Assembly: GCA_964396185.1 (NCBI GenBank)
Contig: CAYNEI010000001.1
Span: 12,014 to 76,013, forward strand
Length of the DNA stretch: 64,000 nt
Origin: an uncultured Thermoplasmatales archaeon
GTDB lineage: Archaea > Thermoplasmatota > SW-10-69-26
Direction of reading: 5' to 3'
The notes beneath the pieces are model-generated. The model saw only the letters and a program-made list of their open reading frames with translations, had not been told where the DNA came from and searched no databases. Every line of letters begins with the position of its first letter. Within the stretch, counting starts at the first letter, position 1. A program made the position numbers and the translations under genes. This document shows positions 15,674-25,341 of the stretch, one piece after another.

Positions 15674-17075
15674 CGACGCGGATCAGGTTCGTGGTGCCGG
15701 GAACACCGATCTCGCCTGCCGTGAGCACGATGGTATCACCAGGTTCCACGGCCCCGACAGCCTTGGCAGCATCCTCTGCCACCCAGATGATGTCGTCCAG
15801 GGTGCCTGCATCGGGCACCAGGAACGGGACCACGCCGCGCACCAGGGCAAGCCTGCGGTGTGTGGCCTGCTCGGGAGTCCCACCGATCACAGGGGCTCGC
15901 GGGCTGAACTTGGCCACACGGATGGCCGTGGAGCCGGAGGAGGTCATGGAGACGATGGCTTCGGCCTCCAGCTCGTCGGTGAGGAGCACGGCGGCATGCG
16001 CGATGGCATCGTCGCGGCTGCCGTCTGGCACGGCCTGGCCGCCTTGGCGGTCGAGCTCGCCGGCCGCGATGGCGCGCTCGGTCTCCTCTGCGATCCGCGC
16101 CATGGTTCCCACGGCCCGGGGGGGGTCGACGCCGATGGCGGTCTCTCCGGAGAGCATGACCACATGCGTGCCATCCAGGATGGCGTTGGCCACATCCGAT
16201 GTCTCAGCTCGCGTGGGGCGGAGGCTGTCGACCATGGATTCGAGCATCTGGGTGGCGGTGATGGAGACCACGCCGGCCCGCTGGCACTCGCGCAGGATGC
16301 GTTTCTGGGCCACGGGCACCTCCTCGGGAGGCAGCGCGATGCCAAGATCGCCTCGGGCGACCATGATGCCGTCAGCCACCCTTACGATCTCGGCGATGTT
16401 GTCCAGCGCCGCTCGGCGCTCGATCTTGGCCAGCACGGGCGTGGTCTCGCCCTTGGCGGCCAGGAACTCCTTGGCATCGGCCACATCAGCGGCCGAGGAG
16501 ACGAAGGAGGCGGCCACGTAGTCCACACCGATCTTGCGCCCCACGAGCAGATCTTCCTGGTCCTTGGCGGTCAGCCCACCAGGCAGCGCCAGCCCAGGCG
16601 CGGTGATGCCTGCGCCGCTGCGCACCGGCCCACCGACGCTGACCTGGGCCTCGGCCCGATCCGCCTGGGCGCTGGTCACCTCGAGCTGGACCTCGCCGTC
16701 GCCTAGGAACAAGCGCGCGCCGGCATCCAGGCGCTCAAGCAGCTGCGGGTTGTCCACGGTGAGCACGCGAGCCGTTCCCGTGGCTTCGTCGGCCGTGATC
16801 GAGAGCTCGGCTCCGGTCTCCAGGGTGATCTCGTCGTCCTCGACCTCGCGCACGCGGATCTTGGTGCCCTGGAGGTCTTGCACGAGGGCCACGGGTCGGC
16901 CTGCCGCTGAGGCTGCCGAGCGCACGGCTTCCGCGAAGGCCTCGTGGGACTCGGGGTCGCCGTGGCTGAAGTTCAGGCGGGCACCGTCCATGCCAGCCTC
17001 GACCATGGCCCGGATCGTCTCCGGATCCGAGCACGCGGGACCGAGGGTGGCCAGGATCTTGGTTCGGCGCGCCAT
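15660..17075 (-). CDS. pyk: pyruvate kinase
   Basis: 471-aa ORF. TKILATLGPA, ARLNFSHGD, MVARGDLG and SGETA motifs. Confidence 0.95.
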   Translation of the reverse strand: MARRTKILATLGPACSDPETIRAMVEAGMDGARLNFSHGDPESHEAFAEAVRSAASAAGRPVALVQDLQGTKIRVREVEDDEITLETGAELSITADEATGTARVLTVDNPQLLERLDAGARLFLGDGEVQLEVTSAQADRAEAQVSVGGPVRSGAGITAPGLALPGGLTAKDQEDLLVGRKIGVDYVAASFVSSAADVADAKEFLAAKGETTPVLAKIERRAALDNIAEIVRVADGIMVARGDLGIALPPEEVPVAQKRILRECQRAGVVSITATQMLESMVDSLRPTRAETSDVANAILDGTHVVMLSGETAIGVDPPRAVGTMARIAEETERAIAAGELDRQGGQAVPDGSRDDAIAHAAVLLTDELEAEAIVSMTSSGSTAIRVAKFSPRAPVIGGTPEQATHRRLALVRGVVPFLVPDAGTLDDIIWVAEDAAKAVGAVEPGDTIVLTAGEIGVPGTTNLIRVASVH

Positions 17076-17088
17076 GTATTGCTCGATC

Positions 17089-17802
17089 TCAGTTCAGCTT
17101 ACCTGAGCTCCCGCAGCCCGGGCACTGGGTTCGAAGCGGCCGCTCGCCCGTGTCCTCCACGTCGAACTGCGTGGCGCACTTGGGGCACTTGAGCGAGATC
17201 GCGGGCAGATCGCGTTCGGGCTGTTCGTCCGCCCATGGATCCTCTGCGTCGTCCCAGGCACCCGTCTCGGTCCCAGCGCCCCCGGCCGCGGCCTGTTCGG
17301 CGGTCTCGTGGGCGGCCGGTGCGGGCTCGCCTAGGTCCACGTGGCCCTCGGCCCCGCAGTGGGGGCAGACGGTGTGCAGCGGGCGCTCTCCAGTGTCGTG
17401 GACGCTGAAGAGGTCCTGGCACTCGGGGCACTGGAGGTCGATGTGGGCGTGCGGGTCGTGGGCTGCCTGCGCCTGACCGGCTGAGCTAGCTCCCGCCCCG
17501 CCGGCCGTGCCGGCGCCGCCGGTGGCCGTCGCGGCCTCGGCACCGGGCCCAGCCAGCCAGTCCGGGCCACCCTCCTCGCGGGCCAGCCCGGTGGCGACCA
17601 CGGCGATCTCGAAGAGCAGGGCGAGCACGAGCACGACGATGGCGGTCCAGAGGAACCAGCCGCTGCCTGTGTCGTTGAGCCCGAAGAAGAGCAAGCTGGC
17701 CACGAGGAAGAGCCCTGCCACGGCGAGCACGACCACCGAGGCCTCGCGCCGGAGCTTGGCGTCCCAGGTGCGCAGGTCAGCGGTGTTGCTCACTGACCCC
17801 AC
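17089..17802 (-). CDS. membrane protein with two MJ0042-type zinc-ribbon repeats
   Basis: 237-aa ORF. Two TM helices, a low-complexity Ala/Gly linker, then IDLQCPECQDLFSVHDTGERPLHTVCPHCGAEG and ISLKCPKCATQFDVEDTGERPLRTQCPGCGSSG. It overlaps the giant upstream gene by 13 nt. Confidence 0.7.
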   Translation of the reverse strand: MGSVSNTADLRTWDAKLRREASVVVLAVAGLFLVASLLFFGLNDTGSGWFLWTAIVVLVLALLFEIAVVATGLAREEGGPDWLAGPGAEAATATGGAGTAGGAGASSAGQAQAAHDPHAHIDLQCPECQDLFSVHDTGERPLHTVCPHCGAEGHVDLGEPAPAAHETAEQAAAGGAGTETGAWDDAEDPWADEQPERDLPAISLKCPKCATQFDVEDTGERPLRTQCPGCGSSGKLN

Positions 17803-20800
17803 CTCCCGAAGGCCGCGAAGGCGGCAAGCCCTGCTGTGGCCATGGCCAGCACCAGCACGGTCACGAACCGACCCACCGGTGCACCCAGGGCATCCCCGAT
17901 GCTCTGGATGGAGACGACATCGCTGGTTCGCTCGTCCGTGGTCTCACCGTCGGCATCGACGGCCTTGATATTCACCACGTAGGTGCCCTCCTCGGTCACA
18001 TCGAAGTTCGCACACCAGACGCCTGGTTCGCTCTCGGTAGCATCCGAGGTGGCCACGGCGTCGTTGTTCCGCATGAGCTGGAACTCGACGCGCGTCGTGT
18101 TCGCGGGGGCCTCGTAGTTGAAGCAGAGCTCAAGGTCCTCGCCAGGTTCCATGGTGGGCTCGCGGGGGTCGGGGTTGTTGTCGATCATGACGTTCACGGA
18201 GTCGCTGGCGGTCTCCTCTCCGTCGCTGACCTCCACGACGATCATCGCTCCGCCCTCCTCGAGTTCGCTGACGTCCACCTCGAGGGTCGTTTCACCTGTG
18301 GGGACATCGACACTGAGCGGGGAACCGCTCGTGGGGTTCACGCGCGTCGTGATGCTAAGCGTGTCGCCAAGATCTGGGTCCTCGACGTCGAACTCGACCG
18401 TGATGATCCCGCGCAGGCGGGCATCCGCGGTGGGCGAGATGATCGAGACGGTGGGGGCCTCGTTGGTCAGATCGAACCCGGAGAGATCGGCCAGCCGGGG
18501 GGTGCCTCGGTCGCCGAGGTTGCGCTTGTTGTTGACCGCGTCGGTGGCCTCGATGTAGTACTCGAGCTCCGTGGCATCGCTGGCCACGTCCACATCGGCG
18601 CTGAACACGTCCCCGTCGCCTGCCTCCATGGTCTTGGAGCTGAACGAGGCAGCACCGGGCGCGCGGTGGAAGAGCGTGACCGTGCCGATGCCGTTGGTGT
18701 CGGTGGCCTCGACGCTGACTCGCACGTTCCCGCCGGAAGGCTCCACGTTGGCCCGGTCCAATTCCGGGGGCGTGGCATCAACGGTGACGCTCGTGGTCTC
18801 GTTGGCCGCGTTGCCGGCCTCGTCACGGGCGCTGACCTCGATGGTCGCCGAGCCCTCGGTGTCGAGCCCGATGTCGCTGAGCGAGACCGTAGCAGTGGCC
18901 TGGCTCACGGTCGTCGAACCGCGCTCGGTGTCGTCGCGCAGGCCGCGCACGGTGATCGTGTCCACGTCGGTGCTGGGGGTGGCTGTCACATCCACGCTGG
19001 TCGCTGGGCCCACGATGGTCTGGCTGCCTTGGCCGACCTTGGGTTGGTTGATCGTGATGCTCACCGATGGCGGTGTGTCGTCCACGGTGACCGTGAAGGT
19101 CCTGGACGAGGTGTCGTCTGCCGCCACTTCAGCGATGATGCGGATCTCCAGGGTGTCCCCGTCGGAGAGGCCCGTGGGCGTGTAGGTCACATCGCAGGAG
19201 GACTGACCCGAGCAGTCGATGGATACCTGGCTGGCGGGCACGGGCTGGAAGGTGCCAGCCGTGCTCTCCTCCTCGACAAGCACGTCGAAGGTCGCCGCGG
19301 TGACATCGGTACGGTTGGTCTCCACGGTGAGCGTGTAGTCACCGGTCACGTTGAACTGCAGCGTGCCCGTGACCGAGCCGTCGGCCCCCTCCGCCATGAA
19401 GCTGCTCTCGTCAGCCCCGGTGAGGTTCACGTACACCTTGGCCGGCACGCTCTCGCCGGTCTCGTTGGTGATGGAGACGGAGAGCGACTTGTCGCCAGGC
19501 GTCGTGATGTTCTGCACGCCGGTGATGGAGACATTCTCTGCCGTGAGCGGGCCAGGCGTGGGCCCATCATCATCGCCGCTGCCCGTGTCCTTGAGCTCCA
19601 CGCTGATAGCACTGGCGGTGATGGAGCGGTCCGTCACGCTGGCCTCCATGCTCCCGCCTGGCCGGATGGCCCCGGTGTCGGTATCGGAGAGGCTGGGGCG
19701 CGTGATGGAGATGCGAGGTGGAGCGTTCTCGGAGATGTTGAGCACCTTATCCGCCACCGTGACCCCGCCGGCGGTATCCGTGGCCAGGATGCGCAGGGTG
19801 TGCGCACCCTCGGAGTCGGGCTCGATCGAGCCCGTGTAGAGCCCGCTCTTGAGGGAGAGCGTCACGGTCTCGACGGCCTCGCCACCTGCACGCAGCTCGG
19901 CGCGCACGTTGTCCACCGGGCCGCTGGCGCCCACTTGGATCGTGATGGGCACGCCGACCTCGGCGCCGTCGGGCAGGCGGCTGATGTCCAGCCCGATGAG
20001 CCCGGCGCCTTGGATGGTGGCCAGGGTGTTCTCATACGGGCCTCCGGTTTGTGGGTCGCCGATCAAGAACGCGTTCCCATCAGACAACACCGGGTTAAGC
20101 GTGAACTGACCACGATCCAAACGCAGGCCCGGGATCGCGCGCAGATCCACGATGTCGTTGGACCCGAGATCATCCTTCCCGAACAACCCCGGCGCGTTGC
20201 CCGTGGAGTCGTTCTCGATGCAAAGCGGCATGGGGATGCCGTTGCTCGAGGGCTCGCGCTGCGCATGCGTCGTCACATCCGCAAGCAAACGCGTGATACG
20301 ATCCCCATCCCCATCCCGAACCGTCACCTGGGTGCGCCAGGTGAACACGTCCGAGCCAGTGTCCGGGAAGGAGGTGACCGCCTTGAACAGCCCCTCGGTA
20401 TCCGCGTCCGGGGTGAGGCTGACGATCCGGTCGTTGCCTAGGCTTGAGCGGTCGCGAGCCTGGACGAAGAGGCTCGCGGTTCCGTCCGTGTAGGGTTGGA
20501 AGGTGTGCTCGTGGAACTCGTTGGCTGTGTCCTGGTCGCGCTCCCCGATGCTGTCGCCGCCGGTCTGCGGCTGGTCCTCTTCCTCGAGGAGGTAGGTCGC
20601 GTAGTCGTGGACGCCGAAGCCCGTGTGCAACGGCGCAGCAGGATCCATCGGCCCACCAAGGAAGCGCACGGAGGCATGCACGAACGTCCGATCATCCTCA
20701 CGCGGATCATCGCTCGGATCGAAATCGATCTCCGACTTACCCGCAGCCTGACCACTATCCTGGATCGCCGACGTGCCAGCCGTCCCGTTGAACTCAGGTT

Positions 20801-23800
20801 CGTCTGTGGCGGGCCCCCCGGGCTCGACGAGGCCGAGATCAGCAGCGCTCCAATACGCATCGCCATCAAGATCATCACCACCCGTGCTCCTCAGCCTGTC
20901 CGTGCCGACATGCAAGCTCCACGCCTCCACATCCAGATCGAAACGATCATCGACGGGATGATCGGCCAACGTGAAGCTGCTCGCACCCGCCCGCGTACCA
21001 GCCAGCGCATCGAGATCGGCGTCATCGAGCCCCTCCGGCAGGAACACATCCAACGCGTAGTACCCACCCGCCAAGCTGCGCAGCGGCAAGCTGTCGTCAT
21101 CCGTGCTCAACTTGAAACTATCTGTGATGGGCCCCGTGGTCGAGTTCGCACGCAACACGAAGTTCAAATCGACATCCAGATCGTCCTCATCCACCCCAGC
21201 GAGGTTACGAGCCGGATCACCGTCACGATCCTCGATGTAAAGCACCAACGGGTTCCAGCCCTCACGCCACTCCAGCGTGCTGCCATCGCCCCAGCCGACG
21301 ATGGTAACACTGCCCACCACGACAGCCCGATCCTGGTCACCGCTAGACGGACCCTCCTGGAGGATCAAGCCCGCGAAGTCCTGATCCGCATCCAACCGAT
21401 CCTCATCGTTGAGCACATCATCCGACAGCCCCGTGCTCGGCGAGACAACCGTGATCTTGCTCTCCGTCGACTCACCATGCCCGTCGAAGGTGCAGTCCGT
21501 GTAGGGCTCGAAGGCACTCTCACCCGTACGACGCGTGAGCACCATGCTGTCCAGGTTATCCGTGCTCGGCGGAGAGAACACCAACCGAGCGTACTGCGTA
21601 CCGTTGACCGGCATCTCAGGGTCGGGTTGGATCAGGAAATCGGTCATGCTGGTGGTCGGCGCATCATCCGCATCGTCCACCAAACGCAGGTGCGCGGGCT
21701 CACGCACGCGCAGGATGCTCCCCTCATCGTCCTCCACGACGAGACTGACCTGCGCGGTCCCCTCTTCACCAGAGGGCACAGTGACCACGAGCTGGTTACC
21801 CGACCACGTGCAATCGAAGCCACCCGTATCGAAGTTCACCGGAACCTGGAAACCAGCCGTCGTCTGCGTGCTCCGGAAACTCTCCGGACCACCGGTCTCA
21901 CAACTCTCGGTGCCGAACTCGACACTGAGCTGGCTAGCGACGTCCCCGGCCGCGCCGAAATCACGACCCGAGTTGAGCACAGCATCGAACGTGACCGTGC
22001 TCGAATCACTCGAACCCGTATCCACCACATGCCTCGTGATACTGTCTACCGTCACCTGACCCACATGGTCGAACGTGAGATCCACGGTCACGTTCCCACG
22101 GATCCCCTCGGTCTCATCCACCCACTCGATCTCGTAAACCGCATGATCCCCACGGACAGCCAAACTGTTGCCGTTGTTATCCGTCGGCGGCCGGAACTGC
22201 AACAGGACCCGGCACACCACGCGGTCTTCCCCGTCTTGCGGGCTATCCGCATCGACGCTAAGACACTCCCAGGACCCCTGCTCCGTGATGCCGGAGCCGC
22301 CACCCTGCCCGAACTTGCTAAGATGGTCCTTGATGCGAGCAACATCCTCCGCATCACTGTGCGTCAGCGTGAAGGCCTGCCGGGCAGTCGTGAACGGGAT
22401 GACGTTGCCCGTAGTCGCATCGACCCCAACCCACGACCCAGCCAGGTTCTTGTCGTCCTGAAGAGTGCGGATCGTTAGCTTGGGATCCAAGCTCACCGTG
22501 CCCACGTTCTCCAGGAACAACTCAACCGTATGCCCCGTCGAAGTCGGCGCCACCGTCTCAGCCAAGCGCGTGCCCGTGACATTGACCTCGTCTTGCCGCA
22601 GCTCAGTGAGCTCGATGATCTGGATGTTGCTCGCACCCGTGATGGTCAGATCCAACGCAGGCTCCTTGGGCACAAGCTCCGGGTTCGCACCCTCCTCGTT
22701 GATCACAGTGAAACTGCAACGGAACGGCGTACCCTGCGTACGCGGCACATCCCGACCCACATCCACGCGAAGCTGGATATCGGTTGGACCCGAGCCCGCG
22801 CTCACCGTGAGCGCATTCGACGCGGTGATCGTCGAGCCACTGGTGCGCTGGAACTGGATGTTCACCCTGTCCTCTTGAGACCCGGTCCCGATCCGGCAGA
22901 CGTTGTCACTGTTGGATGCGAGATCGAACCAATAACGAGCCTGCGTGTTGCCCGTGTTCTCGATGCTCGCAGGGATCGTGAAGATGTCATCCGGACTCGC
23001 ACTCTCGTCAGCGATGCGCTCGCCCTCCAAGAGCAAGCTGGCCTGATGGATCTCGAAGAGCTCCCCCTCCAAGAAGAGGCGCTGGAAGATGCTTGCACTA
23101 TCCGCCCGCAGGCTGCTGATCTCCAACTCAACCACCTTGAACTCACCACCCAAGGCCTGGTCGTCGGGCTGGATCTCCACTGTAACCGTCTCGCGCGCCG
23201 GATCGTTCCGAGCAACGTGCTCTGAGATCTCGAAGGTAAGGATCCCGTTCTCGTTGCTGGTCGCGCCACTGGGCCCACGAAGCGTGACTTCCCAGGCTTG
23301 CTCCCCGCCTTCATGGGTCGCACGGACGCGCACCTGGTCCTCAGCGTTCCCATGATTAAGGATCTCGATCGGGATCTCGATCGCCGGGAAATCAGGGTCC
23401 GGGGTGAGATCCAGCGTGCGGTTACACGGGTTGCTGGCACTGTTGTCGCCAGCGTCTTGGAAGCAGCCGTCGTTGTCCCGGAAGGTGGTCAGCTCGAAAT
23501 CAGGCACCGTAACCGGATCCATCTCAAGATCGTAGGTCGCGACCTTGAACCGCTGGACATCCGTCGGGCTACCACCCGTGCTGTCACGGTCCTCCACGAC
23601 CACGTTCCCGTAGACATCCCGCGTGATCACACGGAAGAAGAACTCATCCACGAAGCTCGTGCCTTCCGGCTCAAGATCCTCGGCCAGGGTGAACGTGTAC
23701 TCGTAGAACCGAGTCTCCGTCCCATCCCCGAACCCGCCAGACTCGACCGGGTCCTGGCGCACGGGATGGATGGCCAGACCGTTGGTGGGATCGCGCGCGC

Positions 23801-24896
23801 TCTCGTTGCCAGTCGGGAAGTTGATGTATTCGCAATCCACCGGGTTGTCGCCCTCCCAGAGATCCGTGGTTGGGAGGCTCCCGGTGAAGGCGTTGAAATG
23901 CTGGTACGGCTCCTCAACGTTGGAGGGCCGGTAAAGGCAAAGCCAGACATCCACGTCCCCGTCGTCGGTGTCATCGCTACCGTCGACGCGGTCGTGGCTG
24001 GTTTCCACGCCTGTTCGAAGCGTGAGGTTCAGGGTGACCGAGGTGCCCTGTTCGATGGTGGTCTCATCAGCCCCAGTCACGAAATCGTTGAACCGGACCT
24101 CGAAGTCGCTTGGGTCGAGGTCCAGCTCCACGGGGAAGACGGTGTGGGCCTCAAGCCCCCCCTCGCGGAACCGGTCGCTGCCCACACGGGCCTCGAGCAC
24201 GTAGGGCTCGTTCAGGTCCGCGCTGCCCTGATCGAAGGGAGAGGTTCCACTGAAGTGGTAGTGACCGGGTTCGGTGAGCTCGATGAGGAAGAAGCAAAGT
24301 TGGCCGTTGGTTCCCGCATGGAGGTCGTTCTCGTCGACGAACCCCGGCTCACCCTGGTCATTCCCGCAACCATCCTCGCCTGTGTTCAGAGGTGTCGTCG
24401 GATCGTCTTCGTAGTAGGTGATGTTGAAGGCCCGGTGGACCCGTTGGGCGTCTTCATCTTGGTCGAAATTGATGCGGTAGACGAAGTCGGTGTCCCCGTC
24501 TTGGGCGTCGACGCGGACCTCGTCGTCCTCATCCAGGGTCTGCTCCTCGATCCAGTCGAACCGGATGGTATCCGTGCTGACGCTGCTGTACTCAACAGAG
24601 ACGAGCACCAGCCCGCGGCCGGGGATGAGGTTGCTTTCCCGCTCGTTCTCATCGGTCCCATCAGGGATCTGGGTCCAAGCGGCCACAGGGTCGATGCGGT
24701 CCCCGTCACCATCGGTGGTGTCGGCAAGGGTCTCCGGGTCCCCAGGCGCGGACCACGTGTAACTCTGGACATCATCGATGGCAGCCTGGCCTTGATCAGC
24801 CATGGCCAGCACACCAGCAAGAAGTGCTAGTGTGGAGACAGCGATGATGAGCCAAGTGCGGGTTGTCGTGTGAGCAGTGCGCGGAACTGGGTCCAT
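17790..24896 (-). CDS. giant acidic cell-surface protein (2368 aa) with signal peptide, Ig-like repeat region and C-terminal TM anchor
   Basis: Track ORF 17790..25151. Start chosen at the Met at 24896 (MDPVPRTAHTTTRTWLIIAVSTLALLAGVLAMA), because the upstream extension overlaps an opposite-strand gene and its promoter. Extremely D/E/T-rich. C-terminal third carries adhesin-like units (VSARDEAGNAANETTSVTVDATPP, VEATDTNGIGTVTLFH). Ends in VTVLVLAMATAGLAAFAAFGRW. Confidence 0.8.
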   Translation of the reverse strand: MDPVPRTAHTTTRTWLIIAVSTLALLAGVLAMADQGQAAIDDVQSYTWSAPGDPETLADTTDGDGDRIDPVAAWTQIPDGTDENERESNLIPGRGLVLVSVEYSSVSTDTIRFDWIEEQTLDEDDEVRVDAQDGDTDFVYRINFDQDEDAQRVHRAFNITYYEDDPTTPLNTGEDGCGNDQGEPGFVDENDLHAGTNGQLCFFLIELTEPGHYHFSGTSPFDQGSADLNEPYVLEARVGSDRFREGGLEAHTVFPVELDLDPSDFEVRFNDFVTGADETTIEQGTSVTLNLTLRTGVETSHDRVDGSDDTDDGDVDVWLCLYRPSNVEEPYQHFNAFTGSLPTTDLWEGDNPVDCEYINFPTGNESARDPTNGLAIHPVRQDPVESGGFGDGTETRFYEYTFTLAEDLEPEGTSFVDEFFFRVITRDVYGNVVVEDRDSTGGSPTDVQRFKVATYDLEMDPVTVPDFELTTFRDNDGCFQDAGDNSASNPCNRTLDLTPDPDFPAIEIPIEILNHGNAEDQVRVRATHEGGEQAWEVTLRGPSGATSNENGILTFEISEHVARNDPARETVTVEIQPDDQALGGEFKVVELEISSLRADSASIFQRLFLEGELFEIHQASLLLEGERIADESASPDDIFTIPASIENTGNTQARYWFDLASNSDNVCRIGTGSQEDRVNIQFQRTSGSTITASNALTVSAGSGPTDIQLRVDVGRDVPRTQGTPFRCSFTVINEEGANPELVPKEPALDLTITGASNIQIIELTELRQDEVNVTGTRLAETVAPTSTGHTVELFLENVGTVSLDPKLTIRTLQDDKNLAGSWVGVDATTGNVIPFTTARQAFTLTHSDAEDVARIKDHLSKFGQGGGSGITEQGSWECLSVDADSPQDGEDRVVCRVLLQFRPPTDNNGNSLAVRGDHAVYEIEWVDETEGIRGNVTVDLTFDHVGQVTVDSITRHVVDTGSSDSSTVTFDAVLNSGRDFGAAGDVASQLSVEFGTESCETGGPESFRSTQTTAGFQVPVNFDTGGFDCTWSGNQLVVTVPSGEEGTAQVSLVVEDDEGSILRVREPAHLRLVDDADDAPTTSMTDFLIQPDPEMPVNGTQYARLVFSPPSTDNLDSMVLTRRTGESAFEPYTDCTFDGHGESTESKITVVSPSTGLSDDVLNDEDRLDADQDFAGLILQEGPSSGDQDRAVVVGSVTIVGWGDGSTLEWREGWNPLVLYIEDRDGDPARNLAGVDEDDLDVDLNFVLRANSTTGPITDSFKLSTDDDSLPLRSLAGGYYALDVFLPEGLDDADLDALAGTRAGASSFTLADHPVDDRFDLDVEAWSLHVGTDRLRSTGGDDLDGDAYWSAADLGLVEPGGPATDEPEFNGTAGTSAIQDSGQAAGKSEIDFDPSDDPREDDRTFVHASVRFLGGPMDPAAPLHTGFGVHDYATYLLEEEDQPQTGGDSIGERDQDTANEFHEHTFQPYTDGTASLFVQARDRSSLGNDRIVSLTPDADTEGLFKAVTSFPDTGSDVFTWRTQVTVRDGDGDRITRLLADVTTHAQREPSSNGIPMPLCIENDSTGNAPGLFGKDDLGSNDIVDLRAIPGLRLDRGQFTLNPVLSDGNAFLIGDPQTGGPYENTLATIQGAGLIGLDISRLPDGAEVGVPITIQVGASGPVDNVRAELRAGGEAVETVTLSLKSGLYTGSIEPDSEGAHTLRILATDTAGGVTVADKVLNISENAPPRISITRPSLSDTDTGAIRPGGSMEASVTDRSITASAISVELKDTGSGDDDGPTPGPLTAENVSITGVQNITTPGDKSLSVSITNETGESVPAKVYVNLTGADESSFMAEGADGSVTGTLQFNVTGDYTLTVETNRTDVTAATFDVLVEEESTAGTFQPVPASQVSIDCSGQSSCDVTYTPTGLSDGDTLEIRIIAEVAADDTSSRTFTVTVDDTPPSVSITINQPKVGQGSQTIVGPATSVDVTATPSTDVDTITVRGLRDDTERGSTTVSQATATVSLSDIGLDTEGSATIEVSARDEAGNAANETTSVTVDATPPELDRANVEPSGGNVRVSVEATDTNGIGTVTLFHRAPGAASFSSKTMEAGDGDVFSADVDVASDATELEYYIEATDAVNNKRNLGDRGTPRLADLSGFDLTNEAPTVSIISPTADARLRGIITVEFDVEDPDLGDTLSITTRVNPTSGSPLSVDVPTGETTLEVDVSELEEGGAMIVVEVSDGEETASDSVNVMIDNNPDPREPTMEPGEDLELCFNYEAPANTTRVEFQLMRNNDAVATSDATESEPGVWCANFDVTEEGTYVVNIKAVDADGETTDERTSDVVSIQSIGDALGAPVGRFVTVLVLAMATAGLAAFAAFGRWGQ

Positions 24897-25007
24897 GAGC
24901 GGGTCCAACCTACCCTTTGCAGGGCAAGCAGCCAGTAGCACAGGCCAGTGATAAGCTTTCCTTCCTAAGGTTATGCGAGACTCATAACGTGAATACATTG
25001 AATACCG

Positions 25008-25214
25008 ATGCCATCCTTCCAAGTTAACGTGCCTAGAACGACGATCCCGCTGACCATGGACACCCGGGACCGGCTCAAGGCCCTGGGCCGCAAAGGGGAG
25101 ACCTATGATGAACTCGTGAACCGGTTGATCGACCACTACCTGCGCGTCCAAGCGCGTGGTGGGCCGGTGAGCGGTGTGGATGAGATCGACTTCACACGGG
25201 TGGATCGGGAGTGA
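25008..25214 (+). CDS. small ribbon-helix-helix/CopG-like (predicted antitoxin-like, COG1753/DUF217-type) protein
   Basis: 68-aa ORF: MPSFQVNVPRTTIPLTMDTRDRLKALGRKGETYDELVNRLIDHYL. It sits behind a low-GC promoter region divergent from the giant gene. Confidence 0.5.
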   Translation: MPSFQVNVPRTTIPLTMDTRDRLKALGRKGETYDELVNRLIDHYLRVQARGGPVSGVDEIDFTRVDRE

Positions 25215-25341
25215 TCGGTGCCTAAAACACCAAGAACACGGAGTTCACAAAGGTTCGAACCGCCAAGCTGTGGGCCTTCGGCCAACTCGTGAACGGCTTG
25301 AGTCTTCGACCCTCATCGCGGGGCAGCACCGGGCTTGAGAG

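Noticed and set aside
20496-22478. Very long ORFs antisense to real genes (for example 20496..22478, 660 aa; 18666..20441; 23298..24830; 430..1512; 15630..16706; 54528..55805; 60453..61748).
   Set aside because: Their translations are Arg/Gly/Ala/Pro-rich low-complexity strings without motifs. They lie opposite ORFs with clear family signatures. Stop-poor antisense frames are expected at this GC content, so they are shadow ORFs.
24897-25151. 85-codon 5' extension of the giant ORF (start at 25151).
   Set aside because: It would remove the signal peptide from the N-terminus. It would also run through the AT-rich promoter spacer and the opposite-strand RHH gene. The Met at 24896 gives a classical signal sequence.
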